DNA of 38,401 nt from Candidatus Babelota bacterium (GTDB taxonomy: Bacteria > Babelota > Babeliae > Babelales > Vermiphilaceae), in NCBI GenBank assembly GCA_049325595.1, contig JBMOLF010000023.1, positions 1-38,401 on the forward strand, in the 5' to 3' direction. Below the pieces are notes generated by a model, which had not been told where the DNA came from, searched no databases, and saw nothing but the letters and a program-made list of their open reading frames with translations. Below are positions 1 through 9,680 of the stretch, in pieces. The translations under genes and the position numbers were made by a program. Each line of letters starts with the position of its first letter. The first letter of the stretch is position 1.

Positions 1-802
1 CTGCTTGACCACTTCATCAACAATCCAGTATAGTTCTACTATATTTTTCATGGGTAGCTCCTCTCTTTTTGCTTCTAGGAGCTATCCTATCTCTCTTTTA
101 ACTTCTTTTGAATTTCACAATTCGACTACTAATTTTGTTAAGTCTTGATGTTGTAATAGTTTTTTTAATATCGTAACTTCTCCTTTAATTACCAGTACAT
201 CGATAAAGGAATTAACCATATTTTTAATTACTTTTTGATTATTCTCAAATAATGTTGTTGCAATATCAACATCGTTTAGTGTTACTAGAAAAAGATATGC
301 TAATTGAGCATTGGGTAATATCAATGCAAGATTTTTCTTTTACACAGACCAAATAGTTCAATTCATCTGAATAAAGATTAATGTTATACTCAATCTCTTC
401 TTTTTTTTCTTGCTCAGAACGGGTCATCAATTGTTCTTTGTAATCTGCAATATCATCTTTAAGATTAGCTACATAGGTATTATTGAAAGCAATTCCTAAA
501 ATGTCACCTTCTTCAATATTTTGCAGTTCTTCATATGGGAAAAGTTCTGCTAAACATCTAATAGTGTTAACAATCGCAAAGCTACCTCTAAGCTCAATCG
601 GAAGAGCTTCCTGCTTAAATGCTTGCCTATATTCTTCATTTAAAAGCAAGTTTTTTATAAGTTGCAAACTACTTTCTTCCACCAAACTCATTGGCCGAGC
701 CGTAAAAAATACTCCTGGCTGCTTTACAATTTGTTTTTCCAAACCGGTTACTACCGTTGTAGCTATGCATAAAATAGTTATAAATTTAACAAAAAAATTC
801 AT
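1..802 (-). pseudogene. Probable degraded secreted hypothetical protein (frameshift plus in-frame stops)
   Basis: ORF 266..802 starts with a signal-peptide-like N-terminus (MNFFVKFITILCIATTVVTG). Protein-like sequence continues in another frame (115..324) from an A-rich tract near 330-342, then past TGA (115) and TAG (82) to the window edge. Confidence 0.5.
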
Positions 803-879
803 TATATTCCTTTACTTGTCCTTAATTTAATTTACAAACAGAATATCATTTTTGTTGAATTGTTCGCTAGATAAAAGAA

Positions 880-1102
880 AACTGGCATAGTTTAACGAAG
901 CGGGATGCCAGGCGAAGCCCTGGCAAATAGCCCATGCTATGCTTATCCAGGTCTTCCGGCTTGGCACCGCGTGCGGCATAGCCTTGGCGGCGACGCAAGC
1001 TTCCGTCTTCGCTGGTAAGCTTCGCCGGACACAGACGCAGGGCATGCTTCGTTATCAAAGTCATTTTATGGCTGCGCCATGCGTAGTTCGCAGAACGAAG
1101 CA
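880..1102. repeat. GC-rich palindromic (REP/MITE-like) element abutting the tRNA-Ala 3' end, copy 1
   Basis: 933-966 matches 6967-7000 with 2 mismatches; 1035-1102 matches 7005-7072 with 2 mismatches. Internal inverted repeat catgcttcgtt...aacgaagcatg. Confidence 0.85.
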
Positions 1103-1178
1103 TGGTGGAGCTGACCGGGATCGAACCGGTGGCCTCATGAATGCCATCCATGCACTCTACCAACTGAGCTACAGCCCC
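1103..1178 (-). tRNA. tRNA-Ala (GGC)
   Basis: Reverse complement GGGGCTGTAGCTCAGTTGGTAGAG...ATGGCAT...GGTTCGATCCC...CAGCTCCACCA; 76 nt, G3:U70 pair, anticodon GGC, encoded CCA. Confidence 0.97.
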
Positions 1179-1270
1179 ACAAATATTTAATGTTCTACTC
1201 AAATATAAAAGAAAAGATATACTAGATTGTACGTTAAAAGCACAAAAAATCAACTTACTACGAGGTCCTT

Positions 1271-3031
1271 ATGCGTACAAAAATTATGCTTGGATTATTT
1301 ATTTTACAGAGCTATATGATCGCTGCTGAAAATAATCAACCCATAGATGCTGCTGTTCATTATCGATCTGAAGAAGATGTAGATATTAGCGTAGTGTTAC
1401 CCGCCTCTTCACAAAATCTTATTTATGCTGATTCTTTGCATTTTTCAGTGGATAACCCTGAATGTGAAATTATGAGTTGGAATTCGTCTGCTGAACCTAT
1501 AGTTCATTTTGACTCATCATTTAAAGAAAATAAAAAAGCATACGACACCCCTACTGTTGTGCACATTAAAGCAAAAGGGAATCAAGAACAATTAGCTCAA
1601 ACCAATTTGCATGTTACCTATTACAGTAAAGCACAAAAAAAGATTATTGAAGAAATTATTACCCTAGTTCCTACGGTAAAAACAAATGAACCTGAGCTTG
1701 TCACTGCACTTGATATTCCTGACAATCAAATCCCAGCTCAAAGTGTAATACCACTTCCTAAATCAGAAAATAGCAAGGACCAATCGATTACGGATTATAT
1801 TTCCTATTTAATACAAGGAACAGAATCCCGCTGTATACAAATCTTGTTGGTTTTTATTTTAGGGATTCTTATGAGTTTAACGCCCTGCATTTATCCTATG
1901 ATCCCTATTACTGCCGGCGTATTACAGGCGCAAGGAACTAAATCTGTTCTTAATAGCTTTTTATTAACCCTCAGTTATACGATGGGTATTGCTACTACCT
2001 TCGCCTTATTAGGACTTTTAGCATCTTTTGCGGGTCAAGCGTTTGGCTCATTCATGACCAATCCATTTGTGGTATGCACGATTGTAGCGTTACTCATTTA
2101 TCTTGCATTTTCTATGCTTGGCTTATATGAAATGCATATTCCACGATTTTTACAACCAAAAAATCAGTCGGTAAAAGGCGGCTCTTGTATTTCTGCCTTC
2201 ATTTTTGGTGCGGTTAGTGGAACAGTTGCCTCACCATGTTTGTCTCCCGGTTTAGTATTACTGTTAAGTATTGTAAGTACGCTTGGTAGTAAAATGCTTG
2301 GGTTCTTACTGTTATTTGTCTTTGGCTTTGGCTTAAGCGTACCGCTTTTATTGGTAGGAACATTTTCTAGTTCATTAAGCTTATTACCACGCACAGGCAT
2401 GTGGATGATTGAAGTAAAGCGTATTTTTGGATTCTTGTTATTAGCAATGTGCTTTTACTTTATGAACAATTTACTGCCATGGTATCTCATGCTGTGGGGA
2501 CTTGCATTCTTTGTTTTAGCAAGTGGAATTTTCTATCTTTATAGCGCACAAGGTAATTCTTCTTACACTCGTGCTACCAAACATATTGTTGGTATTTTAT
2601 TGGTGAGTAGCTCAGTGCTATTAACTTTCAAAGGCTACCAAGCAGCTTATGCTACTGCTCCTATCATGGAAAATAAAGCATCGTGGTATCACGAATATCA
2701 AGAAGCAAAACAACAGGCTATTGCCCAAGGGAAAAAATTATTTATCGATGTTGGTGCTTCATTCTGTTCAATTTGCAAAGCAATCGATCGTGAAATATTA
2801 ACAGATGACAGTGTAATTGCTGCGCTGGATGCTCACACCATTCCCGTTAAAATTGATGGCTCTGATGCCAATGAAGAAAATTTCGCTTATGTAAAAGCAC
2901 ATTACAAAGTGATTGGATTCCCTTCAATCTTCTTGGTTGACCCATCAACAGAAACCGTTATCAAGCGCTGGGGACCAGAATTATATAGCACCCCAAAAGA
3001 ACAATTTATTAAAGAAATTAAAGAGTTATAA
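1271..3031 (+). CDS. dsbD: Thiol:disulfide interchange protein DsbD-like (N-terminal periplasmic domain, CcdA/DsbD transmembrane domain, thioredoxin domain)
   Basis: SLTPCIYPMIP and ASPCLSP transmembrane cysteine motifs, about 8 TM helices, C-terminal FCSICK thioredoxin motif and GFP cis-Pro loop. Confidence 0.9.
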   Translation: MRTKIMLGLFILQSYMIAAENNQPIDAAVHYRSEEDVDISVVLPASSQNLIYADSLHFSVDNPECEIMSWNSSAEPIVHFDSSFKENKKAYDTPTVVHIKAKGNQEQLAQTNLHVTYYSKAQKKIIEEIITLVPTVKTNEPELVTALDIPDNQIPAQSVIPLPKSENSKDQSITDYISYLIQGTESRCIQILLVFILGILMSLTPCIYPMIPITAGVLQAQGTKSVLNSFLLTLSYTMGIATTFALLGLLASFAGQAFGSFMTNPFVVCTIVALLIYLAFSMLGLYEMHIPRFLQPKNQSVKGGSCISAFIFGAVSGTVASPCLSPGLVLLLSIVSTLGSKMLGFLLLFVFGFGLSVPLLLVGTFSSSLSLLPRTGMWMIEVKRIFGFLLLAMCFYFMNNLLPWYLMLWGLAFFVLASGIFYLYSAQGNSSYTRATKHIVGILLVSSSVLLTFKGYQAAYATAPIMENKASWYHEYQEAKQQAIAQGKKLFIDVGASFCSICKAIDREILTDDSVIAALDAHTIPVKIDGSDANEENFAYVKAHYKVIGFPSIFLVDPSTETVIKRWGPELYSTPKEQFIKEIKEL

Positions 3032-3034
3032 CTC

Positions 3035-3080
3035 AAAAAAGAATCGGGGCCGTTTTTAAACGAGCCCCGATTGCTTTTTT
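3035..3080. terminator. Bidirectional intrinsic terminator between convergent dsbD and hpf
   Basis: aatcggggc...gccccgatt stem with an A-run before and a T-run after. Confidence 0.85.
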
Positions 3081-3423
3081 AACGTTGTTTTTTAAACTCT
3101 TCGTGACGACCAACCATTTTACGATCTTCTACCCGCTTATCTTTTGCTTCTAGTAGTTTGCGATACATACCATCAATTACTTTATCAACCACATCATAAA
3201 AATCTGGTCCGGTATAACTGTAAAATTCATCATAATTTGGGCTGCTTACTAGTAATTCAACATGATGATGCGCATGCACCTTTGAAGGAGTAAAAGTTAA
3301 CTCTACATATACGGGTGATGGTTCATTCTCTAAAAAAGAAATAATACGCGCTAATTGGCCATTGGCATAATCATCTAAAACTTGCGAATGCTCCATGTGT
3401 CTAAAGGTAATCTTTTTGTTCAT
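3079..3423 (-). CDS. hpf: Ribosome hibernation promoting factor / RaiA family (short form)
   Basis: ITFRHMEHSQVLDDY and DFYDVVDKVID..YRKL..KDK motifs; AAGGAG RBS upstream of the ATGs at 3423/3426. Confidence 0.85.
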   Translation of the reverse strand: MNKKITFRHMEHSQVLDDYANGQLARIISFLENEPSPVYVELTFTPSKVHAHHHVELLVSSPNYDEFYSYTGPDFYDVVDKVIDGMYRKLLEAKDKRVEDRKMVGRHEEFKKQR

Positions 3424-3516
3424 CATCTTCTCCTTTGCCATACTAACTTAGTACTAACGTAGCGCTATAATTTTTTATTGGTTATAGCGCACTGACAAAC
3501 AAAAAGTAAATGCTCT

Positions 3517-4827
3517 TTAGGCTTTGCGTACTATAAATTTAACGGGTACCCCTTGTAAATTGAAATTATTTCTCATTACATTTTCAAAGAACGCTATTTG
3601 GCTTTGTTCAAACCACAATGGTTCATTTACAAACATAATAAGAGTAATTGGGGCCGTTTTAATTTGCTTTACTTTATAGACACGCAATTCACGTTCGTGT
3701 TTGAAAATCGGGCTTTCAATCAATGCCTGCTTAAATAATATGGTAAGTGCTTCATCAGAGAATTTTTGTGAATAGCGTTCCCATACTTCTTGAACTAACG
3801 GTAGTATTTTACCAATATTCTTTTCGGTCTTGCATGAAATAGAAAGTTGAGAAACTTTTCTCATTAACCATGGATAACGATCAAGTGAATTTTGCAATGC
3901 TGCTTGTTTTTCTTCATCCATTAAATCTTGCTTATTAAAGAGTAAGATTAATGCTTTGTAGTGTTCAATTGCATAAAATGCTAATTTGAGTTCTTGATCT
4001 GAAATGGCACCTTCACTTGCATCAATAAGCAATAACGCTATATCAGCATCTTCTAAAGCCCTGAATGAGCTTTTAACCATCATAGTTTCTAATGGCTCAT
4101 CTATAGATTTTTTTCGACGAATCCCAGGAGTATCAGTTAATTCAATATCTTGCTGATAAAAGGCAATTTTTTCGCGCAAGGCTTCACGCGTTGTTCCAGG
4201 AACTGGCGCTACAATCGCACGTTCTTTTTTAAGTAATGCATTAAGCAATGATGATTTACCCACATTAGGCTTACCAAGAAGTACTACTCTAAAAGCTGGT
4301 TCATCTTCTTGTTGAGAACCGGTCACTGGTAATACATTCGTCATTGCATCAAGTAAATCTGCTATACCAGTCCCATGTGTTGCTGAAATAGGAATGACTG
4401 GTTTATGACCAAGTCTTTCAAACTCGTATAAATGCTCAGCAGCATCTTTACTATCGGCTTTATTAATTACCACAATTGTTTTCTTACCCATTTTATGGCA
4501 TAATTGCGCAACTTCACGATCTTCAGATTGGATACCCACTGCAGCATCACACACTAGCAATAAAAGATCAGCTGTTTCTAGCAAACTTATTGCTTTTTGT
4601 CGTACTGCTTCATTAATAGGGTCGGTGGTTTTCTTTAAACTAATACCACCAGTATCGTAAAGTTCAAAGCATCGATCTTTCCAGCATACCGTATCTTTTA
4701 TAAAATCACGGGTAACACCGGAATAATCATATGCCAAGCTTTTTTCTTGAACAGACAATCGATTAAATAAGGTAGATTTACCAACATTGGCTCTACCAAC
4801 AATAACTACTTTAGGCAATTTACTCAT
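3517..4827 (-). CDS. der: Ribosome biogenesis GTPase Der (EngA)
   Basis: Two G domains (GRANVGKS, GKPNVGKS; DTGG/DTPG; NKAD/NKQD) plus a KH-like C-terminus. Confidence 0.97.
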   Translation of the reverse strand: MSKLPKVVIVGRANVGKSTLFNRLSVQEKSLAYDYSGVTRDFIKDTVCWKDRCFELYDTGGISLKKTTDPINEAVRQKAISLLETADLLLLVCDAAVGIQSEDREVAQLCHKMGKKTIVVINKADSKDAAEHLYEFERLGHKPVIPISATHGTGIADLLDAMTNVLPVTGSQQEDEPAFRVVLLGKPNVGKSSLLNALLKKERAIVAPVPGTTREALREKIAFYQQDIELTDTPGIRRKKSIDEPLETMMVKSSFRALEDADIALLLIDASEGAISDQELKLAFYAIEHYKALILLFNKQDLMDEEKQAALQNSLDRYPWLMRKVSQLSISCKTEKNIGKILPLVQEVWERYSQKFSDEALTILFKQALIESPIFKHERELRVYKVKQIKTAPITLIMFVNEPLWFEQSQIAFFENVMRNNFNLQGVPVKFIVRKA

Positions 4828-6590
4828 GGTTGATTCTCTTTAACTTCTGTTACTATGCCCGGAAAATGTTTTAATAATATATGTGATTTTTTCCACAAAG
4901 AAGCATCTGAAACATCGACTACTGCTTCAGGTGCAGATACTTTTTGCTTAGGTTTAAATGTTCTTGCTACGGGATTAAATTTAGGAGCAGCATTTTGCAA
5001 AACTTTAGGTTTAGGTTGCTCATTAACCACTGGCACATTTGTTGATTGTGATGCTGAAACATTAATTGTTTTCGGTTTTTGCGCTGCGGTAAACATCGGA
5101 TTAAAAATTACTGATGACCCAAATTGCTCTTGCAAAAGCGGCATCCAAATGGTGGTTGCATTTTGTAACCAATCTTTGAAAAAGACAAATTCTTTTGAAA
5201 ACTCTACATCAAGTTGGCTCTTTAAAGAATGCCATTCTTTCAGAGTTCCTTGCTTAAATATTGAAGTAAGTAAAGGATCTTTTACTTTTTCAATTTCTAA
5301 AACAAATCGATTCCATGCATGAGTGCTATTAAATTGGGCAATTGTTTCTTCTTCATCATCATTCTGCTCATCCTCTTCCTCAGACAATTCTTCAGACTCA
5401 TCATCAATCACTATTTCTTCTCCTATTCCAGAAGCAGTAAGTGGGCTACCACTAGAAGAATCGGTAGAATTTTTTTTATGACAAAGTCTAAGCAAAGCAA
5501 TTTCAAAAAGCGAATGTTGTGCAGCGGTTTTTAAAAAGAGCGGTTCATATTCGTAGAGCACCTGCAATAATTCTTGTAGGCGAGCTATACTGCAACCGGT
5601 AACAATCTTTTTCAATGATGGAATATACTCATTAAAGGTATTTGGTTGTACGCCACACTTAACCCATACAGCAGCTCTAATTACTTCAACAAATCTATTC
5701 CAAATACGTTCAGCATTATAATTAGTAAAATCAATACGCTGCAAATAAGATAATAAATCAGCTGCGTTTTTATACAAAACAACATCTAACAAAGAAACCA
5801 TATAGGCATCATCAATATGCCCTAAAACGGCAAGAACTGATTTTTTATTAATGCGCGCAGAAGAAAAACGCACTTGTTCAAGCAAATTCAGTGCATCTCG
5901 CACAGAACCACTTGTTTGATTAATAATACAATCAATTGCATCATCATCTATGCTAATATGTTCTTGTTCGCAAATCGTTGCTAAATGATTATGCAGAGAA
6001 TTGTTTTCTACGGGTTTGAAAAACAACTGAAAGCATCGCGATCGAACGGTTTCAATAATTTTTTGTGTATCGGTTGTTGCTAAAATAAAAAGTACTGATG
6101 CTGGCGGTTCTTCCATTATTTTTAGAAATGCATTAAATGCTGCTCGACTTAACATATGCGCTTCATCGATCAAATAAATTTTTTTACGGCCCATAAGAGG
6201 TAAAAATGATGATGAATCAATAATATTACGCACATTATCAACACCAGTGTGAGAAGCCGCATCAATTTCTATAAAATCAGGATGATTTCCTTGCTGCATA
6301 GATCGGCACGAGTAACATTCAAGGCACGGAACAATCACATTTCGTGGATCTTTTTGAAATGAAGGTAATTGCTCACAATTAATAGCGGCACCAAAAATAC
6401 GAGCCGTACTTGTTTTTCCACAACCTCTTTGTCCTGCAAAAAGATAAACAGGAAAATAATGTCCGCGATAAAGACTATTTTTTAAAATTTTAACGCACAG
6501 ATTTTGCCCTATGAGCTGATCAAAGGTCTTTGAACGCCATTTTCGTGCGAGATTAAGATTTTGTGATGTGGTCGTCATGGGCATACTCAA
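4824..6590 (-). CDS. dnaX: DNA polymerase III subunit gamma/tau
   Basis: LARKWR..F..LIGQ, Walker A GQRGCGKT, zinc-binding cysteines, EIDAAS, IDEAHMLS, SRC motif. Confidence 0.97.
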   Translation of the reverse strand: MSMPMTTTSQNLNLARKWRSKTFDQLIGQNLCVKILKNSLYRGHYFPVYLFAGQRGCGKTSTARIFGAAINCEQLPSFQKDPRNVIVPCLECYSCRSMQQGNHPDFIEIDAASHTGVDNVRNIIDSSSFLPLMGRKKIYLIDEAHMLSRAAFNAFLKIMEEPPASVLFILATTDTQKIIETVRSRCFQLFFKPVENNSLHNHLATICEQEHISIDDDAIDCIINQTSGSVRDALNLLEQVRFSSARINKKSVLAVLGHIDDAYMVSLLDVVLYKNAADLLSYLQRIDFTNYNAERIWNRFVEVIRAAVWVKCGVQPNTFNEYIPSLKKIVTGCSIARLQELLQVLYEYEPLFLKTAAQHSLFEIALLRLCHKKNSTDSSSGSPLTASGIGEEIVIDDESEELSEEEDEQNDDEEETIAQFNSTHAWNRFVLEIEKVKDPLLTSIFKQGTLKEWHSLKSQLDVEFSKEFVFFKDWLQNATTIWMPLLQEQFGSSVIFNPMFTAAQKPKTINVSASQSTNVPVVNEQPKPKVLQNAAPKFNPVARTFKPKQKVSAPEAVVDVSDASLWKKSHILLKHFPGIVTEVKENQP

Positions 6591-6732
6591 TCAAAACTGT
6601 TAGTGGGAAATACCACACATTACGTACTCTTTTTTATGAGTTGGTATTTGTCGAATTAAAATGATGAGTAGGTATGATCGCGTACATCGACAAATGATAA
6701 TGCTTTTATTACTTCTTCTTATTTTACCGAAC

Positions 6733-6818
6733 GAGGAAGTATATACAAGAACTTTGTTGCCCCTGCTGCTTCTTTTCAGACCTGACAGATTCTGCAACGG
6801 CTCTTTATATACTTCCTC
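6733..6818 (-). ncRNA. ffs: Signal recognition particle RNA (4.5S)
   Basis: Minus strand TCTGTCAGGTCT-GAAA-AGAAGCAGC matches the SRP helix-8 consensus, with U-A replacing the usual C-G before a GNRA loop. Closed by a 13-bp terminal stem gaggaagtatata/tatatacttcctc. Classic position upstream of dnaX. Confidence 0.92.
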
Positions 6819-6899
6819 AATTTTTATTTCATGCTATTAAAGACTTGCATCTTTAATATTTTATGGCCAAGTATCAAAACAATGACCAATTTTGCAAAG

Positions 6900-7072
6900 T
6901 GCGTAGAACTAAATGTATAGTCTACCTTAGCATGGCTTGCCAGTCGAAGCCTTATCGGCGAAGACTCATGCTACGCTTATCCAGGCCTTCCGGCTTGGCA
7001 AGCTACGCAGAGCATGCTTCGTTATCAAAGTCATTTTATGGCTGCGCCATGCGAAGTTCGCAGAACGAAGCA
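6900..7072. repeat. GC-rich palindromic element abutting the tRNA-Ser 3' end, copy 2
   Basis: Near-identical blocks to 933-966 and 1035-1102; contains gtcgaag-ccttatcgg-cgaagac and ccatgcgaag-ttcgcagaa-cgaagcatgg hairpins. Confidence 0.85.
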
Positions 7073-7164
7073 TGGTGGAGAGAGAGGGATTCGAACCCTC
7101 GATGCCCCTTTCGAGACATACACGATTTCCAATCGTGCTCCTTCAACCACTCAGACACCTCTCC
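7073..7164 (-). tRNA. tRNA-Ser (GGA)
   Basis: Reverse complement GGAGAGGTGTCTGAGTGG...CACGATTGGAAATCGTG...long variable arm...GGTTCGAATCC...CTCTCCACCA. Confidence 0.97.
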
Positions 7165-7198
7165 AGCCTATCAGCAATAAAATGTTTTGCACACTTTA

Positions 7199-8128
7199 TT
7201 ACTCATCTTTTTTTCTAGGTGCTGGTCGAGGACCACGCTCATCAGACTTTTTAAACTCAGTACGTTTTGGACGCTTAAGTTTATTAGCAGCCTCAACTTT
7301 ACGACCTGGTTTATTTTCATCTGATTCAGCTTCACCCTCTTCAGCATCAATTAATGACAGATCAACTGATTCTTCTTCAAGTCTAATAGCTTCTGGGCGC
7401 GCTACTGCTTTAGTTGCTGCAACCTCAACACCTTTTTGTGCTGCTTGAGCAAGATAATCTAAAACAAGTTTAATTGCGCGTGGAGAATCATCATTTCCTG
7501 GAATTACGTAGTCTACCATTGATGGATCAGCATTAGTATCAACTAAAGCTACTACTGGAACACCCATACCAACCGCTTCTTTAAGCGCTGAATGCTCTTT
7601 AATCACATCAACAATAACCACTGCGCCTACTGGCCAGGTTAATGTACGAATGCCGCCAACGTTCTTTTTAAGACGGTCATGCGCTTTTTGCAATACAACC
7701 ATTTCTTTTTTAGTATGAAATTGGCGATCACCTGAATTTTTTTCTGCTTTTGCTAATACATCTTCATAGTAAAGCAATTTGGTAACTGATTTTTTTACTT
7801 GACCAAAGTTACTTAATGTACCACCAATCCAACGGTGAGTTACATAAGGCATATTTAATGATTGAGCAACAGTCATAATACTATCTTGTGCTGGCTTTTT
7901 AGTACCAACCCATAAAATACAACGACCTTCGCTTGCAACTGACTCCAAGAATTTAGATGCTTTGTCTAATTGGATAGCAGTTTTTGAAACATCAATTAAA
8001 TGTACGTTATTTCTTTTACCCCAAATATAGGTTTTCATTTTTGGGCACCAGCGAGATGCTTGATGGCCAAAATGAATGCCAGATTGGATAAGGGTTTTTA
8101 AAAATGATTGATTTGTTGCAGATGACAT
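7199..8128 (-). CDS. rpsB: 30S ribosomal protein S2 with a charged C-terminal extension
   Basis: GIHFGH, W.PKM..YI, RWIGGTLSNF, VDTN.DP and IPGNDDS motifs. Confidence 0.97.
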   Translation of the reverse strand: MSSATNQSFLKTLIQSGIHFGHQASRWCPKMKTYIWGKRNNVHLIDVSKTAIQLDKASKFLESVASEGRCILWVGTKKPAQDSIMTVAQSLNMPYVTHRWIGGTLSNFGQVKKSVTKLLYYEDVLAKAEKNSGDRQFHTKKEMVVLQKAHDRLKKNVGGIRTLTWPVGAVVIVDVIKEHSALKEAVGMGVPVVALVDTNADPSMVDYVIPGNDDSPRAIKLVLDYLAQAAQKGVEVAATKAVARPEAIRLEEESVDLSLIDAEEGEAESDENKPGRKVEAANKLKRPKRTEFKKSDERGPRPAPRKKDE

Positions 8129-8134
8129 ATATAC

Positions 8135-8215
8135 CTTTCAGGGTTATATCTATTGCCTTCTAGGATTTGGCGCTGTTTTACCGTGCCAAGTACCACCCTA
8201 AAAAGAAGACAAGTT
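8135..8215 (-). promoter_or_regulatory. Structured rpsB 5' leader (possible S2 autoregulatory, t44-like element)
   Basis: Minus-strand nested pairings ttgtcttc/gaaggcaa, tagg/ccta and ttggc/gccaa, followed by TAACCC just upstream of the RBS. Confidence 0.5.
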
Positions 8216-8249
8216 TTTATAATATTAATGGTTGATAGTGTAACAAATA

Positions 8250-8277
8250 AAGCGGGAATTGCAATGAATTCCCGCTT
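8250..8277 (-). terminator. Intrinsic terminator after the NTT genes
   Basis: Perfect stem aagcgggaatt/aattcccgctt directly after the stop codon. Confidence 0.8.
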
Positions 8278-8282
8278 ATTTT

Positions 8283-9680
8283 TTATCGATCAATACCTAT
8301 TACTTCATTATTGGCTACCGCTTTATCAAAACGTCTTCCCAATAAGATAGCTGCAAAGATCCATACCCCAATAATCAAAGCAAAAAAACCTGAATAAAGG
8401 GGGATTAATAAAAGTGGCGCTGCTAGGTCCACTACATAGTTAAATACCGAACCGGTACTTTTAGCGAATTTACTGCCAAAAGCATCAATCCATGATTTCG
8501 ATTTAAATTTAATTTCTTTTACTGTTGGAATGTATAAACTTTCACGAACTGGATAACTAAAGCCATAGTTAATCCCTCTCATAACCACATACACCACAAT
8601 TAAAGCAAATTGCGTGTAACTAATCATGAGATACAACAATAAAAGTCCGGTTGCTGCTGGAATAAGAACTAAACAAAGACGCTCTCCAAGCTTATTAAGA
8701 AGAGCTTTGGTACCGAAAAATGAAATAGCAAAACCGGTTATATGGGTAGCAAGAATAACCAAGAATAAATATCCACTCACATCTGAAAGCGATTCAGAAT
8801 TTGACTGAGCAAACCCTATTTTAAGGTATCCAAGTACCGAATTTATAATTTCATAAAAGAATACCATGCAAAATATCCCTAACAAATAAGGATGTTTTAC
8901 AAACATATGCAATCCTGAAAATATACCGGTCCCTGATTCACCTTCTTTTGCTCGTTGTTTTTCCACCCTATAAGCAGCTTCATAGCCATGCAAATATTTA
9001 CCAGAAACCGAGCGAATCATGCGCATAATTACCAGCGGCACTACCAGTAAAAGTATCGAGGAAAACCCAAGTAATACTTGGTGTTTTGCAATATCAGAGG
9101 TTACTAAATAGCAAAATGGACGGCATTCTTTAAGAGTAGCCCAGGCAATAATTGCACTAATTATACCCCCAAGTTTTGATCCTGATACCATAATACCATA
9201 ATTATTTTTGGCCTCGGCAGGATCATTAATGGAGTTAGCAAATGCCCAAAACACACTTACTAAGAACGGTGAATAACCCTCCACAAAAAAGTAAAATATC
9301 CACCCAAAAAATCTGAAAGGACTTGTTGCGGTATTAGCAATACCAATCGTTGGATGCCCCAATAGAAAAGCAAAGAGCAATCCCATAGCACCAAAAAACA
9401 TGCTGTAATAGCACAATAATTGATAACGTCTAATTTTATCTACCAAGAAGGAATAAAATAAAATTGGTGGAATAAGTATTACCAGCGTAAGAATTTTTGC
9501 TATAGGCAAATAACTTTTACCAACAATTGCAACAAAAATTGAATCTTTTAGTTCTCGCGCTATGGTGTATGCCGCAATAATTAAAAAGAATGAGATGGTT
9601 AAAGAAAAAACTTTAACACGTTCGTGTTTTTCTATAGAAAATAATGATCTAAAAAATTTGCCAAACCGCGAGCTCATCAA
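8283..9680 (-). CDS. NTT/TLC family nucleotide (ATP/ADP-type) transporter
   Basis: About 12 TM helices; RELKDS, FWAFANSI, YIP....KFKSKSWIDAFGSKFAKSTGS motifs. Confidence 0.88.
   Translation of the reverse strand: MMSSRFGKFFRSLFSIEKHERVKVFSLTISFFLIIAAYTIARELKDSIFVAIVGKSYLPIAKILTLVILIPPILFYSFLVDKIRRYQLLCYYSMFFGAMGLLFAFLLGHPTIGIANTATSPFRFFGWIFYFFVEGYSPFLVSVFWAFANSINDPAEAKNNYGIMVSGSKLGGIISAIIAWATLKECRPFCYLVTSDIAKHQVLLGFSSILLLVVPLVIMRMIRSVSGKYLHGYEAAYRVEKQRAKEGESGTGIFSGLHMFVKHPYLLGIFCMVFFYEIINSVLGYLKIGFAQSNSESLSDVSGYLFLVILATHITGFAISFFGTKALLNKLGERLCLVLIPAATGLLLLYLMISYTQFALIVVYVVMRGINYGFSYPVRESLYIPTVKEIKFKSKSWIDAFGSKFAKSTGSVFNYVVDLAAPLLLIPLYSGFFALIIGVWIFAAILLGRRFDKAVANNEVIGIDR

Noticed and set aside
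82..117. Stop-codon reassignment suggested by in-frame TGA/TAG
   Set aside because: Conserved genes (dnaX, recJ) end normally at TGA and have no internal stops; pseudogenisation is simpler.
827..1253. ORFs 827..1045, 867..1253 and 939..1190
   Set aside because: They overlap tRNA-Ala and the GC-rich repeat; open by chance.
3462..3490. Hairpin gcgctataa/ttatagcgc between der and hpf
   Set aside because: May be a weak terminator or processing stem, but it lacks a U-tract on the minus strand; function cannot be assigned.
6646..6695. Inverted repeat atttgtcga/tcgacaaat between ffs and dnaX
   Set aside because: A single 9-bp stem with no recognisable riboswitch or Alu-domain motif; insufficient support.
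1103..7164. Integrated element bounded by the two tRNA-linked repeats
   Set aside because: The enclosed genes are core housekeeping genes (dsbD, hpf, der, dnaX, ffs) and no integrase is present.
6600..7448. ORFs 6600..6797, 6863..7180, 6937..7218 and 7014..7448
   Set aside because: They overlap SRP RNA, the repeat, tRNA-Ser or the antisense strand of rpsB.
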